IMG/VR virus record: IMGVR_UViG_3300027791_000015
Coordinates: 5,908 to 69,907 of that record
Reading direction: 5' to 3' (one strand)
Source: a virus
Length of the DNA stretch: 64,000 nucleotides
The stretch's first letter is position 1. The number at the start of each line of letters is the position of its first letter. Under the pieces are notes generated by a model. It searched no databases. It worked only from the letters and a program-made list of their open reading frames with translations, and was not told where the DNA came from. The position numbers and the translations under genes are program-made. Below, piece after piece: positions 48,183 through 55,558 of this stretch.

Positions 48183-49337
48183 AGCTGTATATTTCTTTAC
48201 ATTTATTTTTTTTGATTGTGAAATTTTTGCCTTCTTCTTATCTTTCCCTGCCATAGGGTGTGAAGTGGGTAGAAGGTCGGTATCATGTTTACCACTTCTA
48301 AATTTAAGATTTCTTAGTACGTGTAAAAATGAGTTTACTCTCGCTTGAGCCCATTGTTGTGGAGAACTAACAGTAGGTCTAACGCTAGATGGGTTAGTAT
48401 TATAAGCTCCAATACCACGATTGTAAACTATCTTAAGTTTTCCAAGAGTAGTTTGTTTGCGCTTGTCCGAGCCAACTTTTTCCTTATGATCTGTAAGTTT
48501 GGTTTGCAAAGACTTCTCTACTGTTTTGGAAACTTTAGAGCTATTGTCGTTGGCTTCTAATTTAGTTTCTACATCCTCTTTTGTTTCAGTAGTAAGTATG
48601 CCTTTAACATCAGCGGCAGGATTACCCACTATGCCAGCTCCTAAAAATAGCTTCGGGCCTTTAACTAGACGGTAGATCTCTTTGCCCTCATATTCTCCAG
48701 AGCCTCCATTATCTTTTAAAAACGGAAGACGCTTCTCTATTTCAGATTCATCATCAATTATTTCTGCTTGATCAACAAATTTTGAACCTTCCATTATCGA
48801 GAATTCTTTAAAATAAACTTCCCAACTGAATGATGCTTGACCATATTTCAAAGAATTTTTATCAGAAGCTTCTACAAGTAACTCAGCCAACTCTGGTTTG
48901 ATACTACGCCAAACAAAACCTCCACCAGAAGCAACTATAGGCTTGTTTAAATCTTCGATATCTTCTTCTGAAATCAAATTTCTTTCATTTGCATATTCTC
49001 TGAATCCATAAGAGAAAAGGGAACCAACAACAACATCTTCGTCGTGTTCAAGGTTTAAATATTTGTGAGGAATCTGCTTGGCTAGTGCTATTGTGTCTTC
49101 AGTCGTTATTGCATGTCCATTTTTATTAGCCATTCCTCCTACCCATAAATCAGCAGAAATGTAAAGAAGATCTCTATTCATCTCTATTTGTTCTTTAGGT
49201 ACATCAAGCAATGCTTTTAGAGAATCCAAAGATGCCAGTGCCAGATGTTCGTCTCTTTCTTTAGGATGAACAACTTGATATTCCGCAATTATTTTCGTGG
49301 AAAATGGATAATCTTTTTTAATTTGATCTTTATTCAT
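47469..49337 (-). CDS. Prohead protease fused to scaffold, with DUF5824-like insert
   Basis: ANKNGHAIT, LNLEHD, SFSWEVYF, FLGAGIVGNPAA protease-type motifs; E/K/A coiled-coil C-terminus; lies between portal and capsid. Confidence 0.8.
   Translation of the reverse strand: MNKDQIKKDYPFSTKIIAEYQVVHPKERDEHLALASLDSLKALLDVPKEQIEMNRDLLYISADLWVGGMANKNGHAITTEDTIALAKQIPHKYLNLEHDEDVVVGSLFSYGFREYANERNLISEEDIEDLNKPIVASGGGFVWRSIKPELAELLVEASDKNSLKYGQASFSWEVYFKEFSIMEGSKFVDQAEIIDDESEIEKRLPFLKDNGGSGEYEGKEIYRLVKGPKLFLGAGIVGNPAADVKGILTTETKEDVETKLEANDNSSKVSKTVEKSLQTKLTDHKEKVGSDKRKQTTLGKLKIVYNRGIGAYNTNPSSVRPTVSSPQQWAQARVNSFLHVLRNLKFRSGKHDTDLLPTSHPMAGKDKKKAKISQSKKINVKKYTAMKIKNQEDYKTVLASVCESEEVDHKLLASLEANFDKVTASAIADAIRDESAKFATEKKELEEAKTMAAEEKAKIEAELTELKEKSEASDKELEEIKAKLVAEEQSRIFSERMEALEKDYDLEADDSKVIAKQIKGLDEGGYDAWLGDFKVFAKEKSKDYKMKKAEEMKKQEEEEAVKAKASTEETEEQKESREKEDAEKLIASAQEDVKQEVASTQHEEKVSLEDQFSNFELELEGK
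48196..48223 (-). promoter_or_regulatory. Intragenic putative late promoter
   Basis: TTTCAC-N16-TGTAAA inside the protease ORF. Confidence 0.7.
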
Positions 49338-49356
49338 TACTAGGCTATCTCTAAAG

Positions 49357-49384
49357 ATTACAATTTTTGTTTGCTTTAGTGAAA
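49357..49384 (-). promoter_or_regulatory. Putative phage late promoter
   Basis: TTTCAC-N16-TGTAAT, directly after the portal stop. Confidence 0.8.
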
Positions 49385-51364
49385 TTAATCGCTCGGTGCG
49401 TCCCTTCTAGAATGCCAAACTAAAGCTCCTAGAAAGGTGTCTAATTCAAAATCATCACAAATCTTATCAATCTCTTCTTGCATTTTTGGGTTTTCATCAA
49501 TTGACTTGCTTTTGATGATAGAGGCAACCGCCTTTTCCCAGTCCGCTTTATTATAATTTTCTACAACCTTTTTTGCGATTGAATTGGCAAAATCAACTTG
49601 AGAGTCTGTAAGCTTCTTAACGTTGTAACTACCCTTAAGTTTTTTAATGGCGTTTTCTTTGATTTTATCCATCTCCGTTAGGCAAGACTGTATTTCCTTT
49701 AGTGAGATACCTTCAATACCACCAACGACTCTACTTTGTCTAGGTCCACTAATCGGAACCCCACTGCCAGCTGGTCTTCCTTTTTCTTGTTTTATTTTAG
49801 TTTTACTAGATGGACCAGCTTCTTCATCTATTGGATTGTAATTCATTTGTGGCTCATAAAGACTATCGTTTTTCAATTTGCGATATTCTTTTTGATTTTT
49901 AAGACTTTCATTCTTCTCTGGAAGAATACCATCTTCAATTGCTGTATTCAGCTCTTCTGGAACTAAGAATCCCAACTCAGCCATTCGAGTATAAACTCTG
50001 TTCATTTGTGTTTGGTCTTCAAGGTTTATAGAAGAAAGTTTTACTGTTGGAGCATTCGTGTACCCCATTTCTTTGCAAACATTTCCAATTTCTCCCTCAA
50101 GCCATTCTTTAAAAATAGACTGACCCCTTTTAAGTCTCTGGCAAAATACCCTAACCTTAGTCATTTGATTGGAAAACTTCTCGTTGCTTCCAAAAATTGA
50201 CTGTAAACCTTCTCTAATATCCTCATTTACCTGAGCATATTTTTCGGCTCCAACAACTTTGGTAATATCTGGAATAACATAATCAACCTCAGTGGTGTAA
50301 TCTGCAACGAGAACTCTCTGAGTTGCCTCACTATTGAAAAGCTGTCTCATATAAGCTAAATGCTCCGGATTGGGAGGAACTTCATTACCGTCAACTTTAT
50401 AGCCCCCCATAGTAACTTTTAGAATCATATTTTCCAGAGTCTTTAAAACTTTTCTATCAGCCTTTTTCATTTCAAGCTTCAATTCAATGTCATCTAGTAC
50501 TCCATAAAAGAGTGGTACTGCAAAATATTCGTAATCTTGTTTTTGATAAAAAGCGGAACTCACATCTTTAAGAGGAACGTAAATAGAAGATGTTAAAGAT
50601 AATTCAGAACTATCTTTAATCGCTTGTTTTATTTCTGGACTTAATTTTTGATATAAAATCTTCTCACTTTGAGTTTGAGGATTTTTCAATCTTTTAATTT
50701 CGTAAGGACTTAAAACTTTATAAATGTCTCTATCGCTTGTTAAACCCCCATACAAACTTACTTGGGCTGGATTAAGAACTGTATATTTTACTGGTATTTC
50801 CGCACTAGACGCATACATTTTTAGATTTTTAGTATCTTTGCTATTGATCTTTCCTTTCATTGCATACGGAAAAACATTGCAAGATCTATACAATTCTCTA
50901 TAAAACTGTTCCGCAAACCCATTTATATTAATGGCTTTTAACCAAGTCTCGCAAAAATTTTTAGCACTCTTATTAGAGGACGATAATTTAATTTTTGACA
51001 TAGAGAATTCTACCATAGCTTCAATCGTATTTCGAAATAGCTGGAACTCCTGCCAAGCTTTTTGACATAGCCATACAGTTTCATTAATTGTAACATAGCC
51101 TCCATTATTGTTGTAAAGATTTCCTCCACCAGTTAAATTGGGAAACCTATTCGATAATTGAGTGTTGATCCCTAAAGATTTTACTCCTCTGCGACCTAAA
51201 CCGCCCTTTACCCATTCGCTACCAGCGAATCCAACCATCTTGTTATAATCTTCATTAGAAAAGTCAGATCCCAATGACTTTTGTGGTGCAGATTCCTTCT
51301 GCTCGTAATATTTCTGCCTGTCAGTGAAATAAAGATTGTCTGCCTTGTAATTATTTTTCCCCAT
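49385..51364 (-). CDS. Portal protein
   Basis: 659 aa, first gene of the head operon; LFRNTIEAMVEFS, YTVLNP, FAVPLFYGVLDDIELK helical portal-like pattern; KGRP tail. Confidence 0.8.
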   Translation of the reverse strand: MGKNNYKADNLYFTDRQKYYEQKESAPQKSLGSDFSNEDYNKMVGFAGSEWVKGGLGRRGVKSLGINTQLSNRFPNLTGGGNLYNNNGGYVTINETVWLCQKAWQEFQLFRNTIEAMVEFSMSKIKLSSSNKSAKNFCETWLKAININGFAEQFYRELYRSCNVFPYAMKGKINSKDTKNLKMYASSAEIPVKYTVLNPAQVSLYGGLTSDRDIYKVLSPYEIKRLKNPQTQSEKILYQKLSPEIKQAIKDSSELSLTSSIYVPLKDVSSAFYQKQDYEYFAVPLFYGVLDDIELKLEMKKADRKVLKTLENMILKVTMGGYKVDGNEVPPNPEHLAYMRQLFNSEATQRVLVADYTTEVDYVIPDITKVVGAEKYAQVNEDIREGLQSIFGSNEKFSNQMTKVRVFCQRLKRGQSIFKEWLEGEIGNVCKEMGYTNAPTVKLSSINLEDQTQMNRVYTRMAELGFLVPEELNTAIEDGILPEKNESLKNQKEYRKLKNDSLYEPQMNYNPIDEEAGPSSKTKIKQEKGRPAGSGVPISGPRQSRVVGGIEGISLKEIQSCLTEMDKIKENAIKKLKGSYNVKKLTDSQVDFANSIAKKVVENYNKADWEKAVASIIKSKSIDENPKMQEEIDKICDDFELDTFLGALVWHSRRDAPSD

Positions 51365-51371
51365 GACAAAT

Positions 51372-51399
51372 GTTACATTTAAAGTGAGATTTTGTGAAA
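51372..51399 (-). promoter_or_regulatory. Putative phage late promoter
   Basis: TTTCAC-N16-TGTAAC, 7 nt before ATG 51364. Confidence 0.75.
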
Positions 51400-51466
51400 A
51401 TGATTGATGTAAAAAATAAATTAAGAAAACCTAAAAACAGACAACTACCATAGTTTATTGCGTTAA

Positions 51467-51493
51467 TTTCTACATTTTTCAAAAATGTGTAAT
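51467..51493 (+). promoter_or_regulatory. Putative phage late promoter for the LRR/fibre operon
   Basis: TTTCTA-N15-TGTAAT (spacer one base short), 7 nt before an ATG at 51501. Confidence 0.55.
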
Positions 51494-51557
51494 ATAGTAT
51501 ATGGTAGATTCACGGGATTTAATTGAAAATGGAGTTTAAAATTAATATATAAATATT

Positions 51558-51881
51558 ATGAAAAATATTAGATTATTACAGGACGAAATACATACTTCTT
51601 TTGATAAAAGTCTCTTCGAAACTAGAACTTTTGATGCTAAAATTTCTTCTTTATCTACTGATCATCCTATTTCACATCGAAATGATTCTCATATGTATAC
51701 GCATATAGTTCAAGAACTTAATAGAAAATATCATTTTTTTGGTCTTGATTCATTTATTCAAATTCCTGTAGATGCTGGATTTAGACCTGTAAACTTAACA
51801 CCATTTTTCGCTGGTTCAATTTCACTTGAGAATGGATCTAGGCTTCTTTCCGAAGACTCATCTTTATTACTTCTTGAATAA
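51558..51881 (+). CDS. Hypothetical virion-associated protein with C-terminal L.xENG..LL.ED..LLLE motif
   Basis: Ends GSISLENGSRLLSEDSSLLLLE; leads the LRR/fibre operon. Confidence 0.65.
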   Translation: MKNIRLLQDEIHTSFDKSLFETRTFDAKISSLSTDHPISHRNDSHMYTHIVQELNRKYHFFGLDSFIQIPVDAGFRPVNLTPFFAGSISLENGSRLLSEDSSLLLLE

Positions 51882-51905
51882 TCTAATTAATTTTTAACAA
51901 TTACC

Positions 51906-53069
51906 GTGGCAGACAAAACAATAACAGAACTTACAGAAATTACTTCAGCTAATTCGACAAATGACTTTTTACCAGTTGTTGATACTAGCGCCGTAGAAAC
52001 TAAGAGGATCATTTTATCTAATTTGCCTATGAGCAACGAAGAGATTGGTCGATCCTACCCCTTTACCACGGACTTTCAAACAGGCAATGAGAGGACACGG
52101 AATGTATCCTCAATTGCATCAAGCGAATTCTTTAATAATACCAATTTAAGCTCTATTTATATTGGAAGCAACGTGACCTTGATTGCATTGTCTGCATTCA
52201 AAAATTGCACAAACCTTAGCAACGTTACAATCCCCGATAGCGTGAGATCGATTAACTCTTTTGCATTCGACAATTGCACAAGCCTAACCAGTATTACGAT
52301 CCCTGAAAGAGGGGTCTCTATTGGAACTAGCGCATTCAAAGGCTGCTCTGGCCTGACCAGTATTACAATTCCCGATGGTGTGACCTCGATTGAAGGCAAT
52401 ACATTTTTTGAATGCACCGGTCTTACCAGTATTACCATTTCCGACAGCGTTACCGCGATTGGAAGTAGTGCATTCTATGGCTGTTCTGGCGTAAGCAGTA
52501 TCACGATTCCCGATAGTGTAACCTCGATTGGGGCCAATGCATTCCGAGACTGCACTAGCCTGACTAGCTTTATTATTGGCAACAGCGTGACCTCGATTGA
52601 AGGTAGTACATTCAAAGACTGCACTGGCCTTGCCAGCATAACCATTCCCGATAGCGTTACCACGATTTCAAGTAATGCATTCAATGGCTGCACTAGCCTA
52701 GCCAGCGTTACGATTCCTGATAGTGTAACCTCGATTGGCGGTGATGCATTCCGAAACTGCTCTAGCCTTACCAGCATTACGATCGGCAATGGCTTGACTT
52801 CGATTGGACCTGTTGCATTCTTTGGCTGCACTGGCCTGACAAGCGTCACCATTCCCAACAGTATGACTTCAATTGGGATTTTTGCATTCAGTCAATGCAC
52901 TAGCCTAGCCACAATCACCTCTCTTGCTACAGATGCCCCAAGTGTTGAAACTACCTCGTTTAATAATGTTACGGCTACCACAATTACTGTCCCAGCTGGG
53001 TCTACACAGAGTTACAAAGATGAAGGAGATGGAACAACATACGGGGGCTTAGAAATCATAGAGGCTTAA
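51906..53069 (+). CDS. BspA-type LRR protein (12 units) with shared N-terminal anchor motif
   Basis: GTG start, ADKTITELTEITSA...DFLPVVDTS..ETKRI, then LRR_5 repeats and a YGGL C-cap. Confidence 0.88.
   Translation: MADKTITELTEITSANSTNDFLPVVDTSAVETKRIILSNLPMSNEEIGRSYPFTTDFQTGNERTRNVSSIASSEFFNNTNLSSIYIGSNVTLIALSAFKNCTNLSNVTIPDSVRSINSFAFDNCTSLTSITIPERGVSIGTSAFKGCSGLTSITIPDGVTSIEGNTFFECTGLTSITISDSVTAIGSSAFYGCSGVSSITIPDSVTSIGANAFRDCTSLTSFIIGNSVTSIEGSTFKDCTGLASITIPDSVTTISSNAFNGCTSLASVTIPDSVTSIGGDAFRNCSSLTSITIGNGLTSIGPVAFFGCTGLTSVTIPNSMTSIGIFAFSQCTSLATITSLATDAPSVETTSFNNVTATTITVPAGSTQSYKDEGDGTTYGGLEIIEA
52470..52544 (+). repeat. 75-bp direct repeat with 54860..54934 (2 synonymous mismatches)
   Basis: gcattctatggctg(t/c)tctggcgtaagcagtatcacgattcccgatagtgtaacctcgattggggc(c/t)aatgcattc. 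Confidence 0.88.
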
Positions 53070-53073
53070 TATT

Positions 53074-53907
53074 ATGTCAGATAAAAAAATATCAGAACTT
53101 ACACAAATCATTTCAGCTAATCCGATAACTGACGTTTTGCCGATTGTGGATATCAGTTTAAATCAAACCGATAAAATAACTATAGGCAAGCTTCCAATGA
53201 GTGCTTCTGCTATAGCACGGTCTTATCCCTACACTATAGACTTTATTTCAGGGACAGAACAGACGCGAGATCTGACACTTATTGATACTTCAAGCGGGTA
53301 TCAAAGCAATTCGAATTTAGAGCTTATTTACATTGGCAGTCATGTGACCTCGATTGGGGACAGTGCATTCTATAACTCCAATACCCTTACTAGCATTACC
53401 ATCCCCAATAGCGTGACCTCGATTGGGAGTCTTGCATTTAGTAACTGCTCTAGTCTAACAAGTGTTACAATTCTTGACGGTGTAGGCGCGACTTCGATTG
53501 GAACTAGCGCATTCGGTGGTAACGCTAATCTAACCAGCGTTACGATCCCAAACAGTGTGACCTCGATTGGAGAGCAAGCATTTTTTAGCTGCGGCCTAGC
53601 CAGCATTACGATCGGCAATGGCGTGACTTCGATTGGAGTTAGTGCATTTTTTGACTGCACAAGCCTGGCTAGCGTTACCATCGGCAACAGCGTTACCACG
53701 ATTTCAAGTAATGCATTCAATGACTGCACTAGCCTAGCCACAATCACCTCTCTTGCTGAATCTGCCCCAAGTGTTGAAACTAACTCGTTTAATAATGTTG
53801 CGGCTACCACAATTACTGTCCCAGTTGGAGCAACAGTAAGTTACCAAAATGCAGGAAATGGAACAACATACGGAGGTTTAATAATCGCAGAACTCGAAGA
53901 GGCTTAA
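53074..53907 (+). CDS. BspA-type LRR protein (7 units) with shared N-terminal anchor motif
   Basis: [10 protein letters not shown]...DVLPIVDIS; C-cap nearly identical in DNA to the previous gene. Confidence 0.88.
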   Translation: MSDKKISELTQIISANPITDVLPIVDISLNQTDKITIGKLPMSASAIARSYPYTIDFISGTEQTRDLTLIDTSSGYQSNSNLELIYIGSHVTSIGDSAFYNSNTLTSITIPNSVTSIGSLAFSNCSSLTSVTILDGVGATSIGTSAFGGNANLTSVTIPNSVTSIGEQAFFSCGLASITIGNGVTSIGVSAFFDCTSLASVTIGNSVTTISSNAFNDCTSLATITSLAESAPSVETNSFNNVAATTITVPVGATVSYQNAGNGTTYGGLIIAELEEA

Positions 53908-53911
53908 TATT

Positions 53912-55531
53912 ATGGCAGACAAAAAAATATCAGAACTTACAGAACTTACTTCGGCTAATGCGGTAACTGACGTTTTACCGATTGTGGATATCAGTTCTAA
54001 CGAAACTAAGAAAATTAGCCTAGCTGATTTACCAATTAGCGATGTCGCCATCGCCCAATCTATGCCCCACACTACCGACTCTCAGTTAGGGGTGGTGCAG
54101 ACAAGAAATCTGACAACTATTGATAATTCAAGCGGGTATTCAAATAATACCAATTTAGAATCTATCTATATAGGGAATAACGTTACATCGATTGGAAGTA
54201 GTGCATTCTATTACTGCTCTAACCTGACCAGCGTTGTCATACCCAACAGTGTGACTTCGATTGGAGATAATACTTTCATTGGCTGCTTTGACCTGACCAG
54301 TATTAACATCCCAGACAGCGTGACCGCGATTGGATCTCAGGCATACATGTATTGCCAAAGCCTGACCAGCATTAAGATCCCCGACAGCGTTACCACGATT
54401 GGGAGTAGTGCATTCTATTACTGTACTAACGCAACAAGCATTACGATCGGCGACAGTGTGACCTCGATTGGAAGTGATGCATTCTCTGCCTGCAATAGTA
54501 TTACTAGCGTTGATCTACCCGACAGCCTTACTTCGATTGATAGCAGTTTGTTTACAACATGCGCTAACCTCACAAGTATTAATGTATCCAGTGAAAATGC
54601 ATTATTTTCATCAATTGACGGTGTTCTATTTAGTAAGTCTGCAGATAATTTAGTTATTTTTCCATATGGTAAAAGTAGTGCATATTCTATTCCCAATAGC
54701 GTGACTTCGATTGGAAATCGGGCATTCAGATTCTGTAATAACCTGACCAGCATTACGATTCCCAGCAGCGTGACCTCGATTGGAGATTCGGCATTCCGAA
54801 GCTGCTCTGGCCTTACCAGCATTACCATCCCCAATAGCGTGACCTCGATTGGAGATTTTGCATTCTATGGCTGCTCTGGCGTAAGCAGTATCACGATTCC
54901 CGATAGTGTAACCTCGATTGGGGCTAATGCATTCGCTTTCTGCTCAGGCTCAACCAGCATAACCATTCCCAATAGCGTGACTTCGATTGGAGAGCGTGTA
55001 TTCCTTGGCTGCACTAGCCTAACCAGCATTACTATACCCGACAGCGTGACCTCGATTGGAGTGAGTGCATTCCAAAGATGCACTAGCGTAACCGATATTA
55101 CCATCGGCGACGGTGTGACCTCGATTGGGGATTTTGCATTCAATCAATGCACCAGCCTAACCAGTATTACCATCGGCGACGGTGTGACCTCGATTGGTCA
55201 GACCGCCATCTCTCAAACTGGCCTGACTAGTCTTACCATCCCCGATAACGTTACCTCGACTGTATATCAAGCATTTGCCTTTAACACTAGCTTAACAACC
55301 GTTACAATTGGCAATGGTTTGGGCAATATTGCTGGCTTTGCATTCAGAAATTGTACGTCGCTATCAACACTCAGTTGCACTGCTACGGATGCTCCAACGC
55401 TTGGAACTACTCCATTTGATGGCTGTACTAGCTTAAGCGAAATTCAAGTTCCAAATTCAGCAGTAGCGGATTATCAAGCAAAAGGAGAGGGAAATAACAA
55501 ATATGGCGGCCTAGAAATCGTAGGCGTTTAA
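53912..55531 (+). CDS. BspA-type LRR protein (17 units) with shared N-terminal anchor motif
   Basis: [14 protein letters not shown]...; LRR_5 repeats with the typical [12 protein letters not shown]...L..FP.GK insert. Confidence 0.88.
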   Translation: MADKKISELTELTSANAVTDVLPIVDISSNETKKISLADLPISDVAIAQSMPHTTDSQLGVVQTRNLTTIDNSSGYSNNTNLESIYIGNNVTSIGSSAFYYCSNLTSVVIPNSVTSIGDNTFIGCFDLTSINIPDSVTAIGSQAYMYCQSLTSIKIPDSVTTIGSSAFYYCTNATSITIGDSVTSIGSDAFSACNSITSVDLPDSLTSIDSSLFTTCANLTSINVSSENALFSSIDGVLFSKSADNLVIFPYGKSSAYSIPNSVTSIGNRAFRFCNNLTSITIPSSVTSIGDSAFRSCSGLTSITIPNSVTSIGDFAFYGCSGVSSITIPDSVTSIGANAFAFCSGSTSITIPNSVTSIGERVFLGCTSLTSITIPDSVTSIGVSAFQRCTSVTDITIGDGVTSIGDFAFNQCTSLTSITIGDGVTSIGQTAISQTGLTSLTIPDNVTSTVYQAFAFNTSLTTVTIGNGLGNIAGFAFRNCTSLSTLSCTATDAPTLGTTPFDGCTSLSEIQVPNSAVADYQAKGEGNNKYGGLEIVGV

Positions 55532-55558
55532 TACTTAATTTTTTAAACTTTAATAATT

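Noticed and set aside
34673-50200. Plus-strand ORFs opposite tape measure, tube, capsid, scaffold and portal genes
   Set aside because: Antisense shadows of long biased-codon genes with no recognisable motifs.
52150-55260. ~69-bp periodic repeats with variable inserts resembling a CRISPR array
   Set aside because: All in frame within protein-coding LRR genes; repeats are degenerate at codon third positions; no cas genes.
4521-55531. Diversity-generating retroelement or invertase shufflon behind the LRR variation
   Set aside because: No RT or site-specific recombinase in the window; mismatches between repeat copies are not adenine-specific; no non-coding template repeat seen. Cannot exclude elements elsewhere in the genome.
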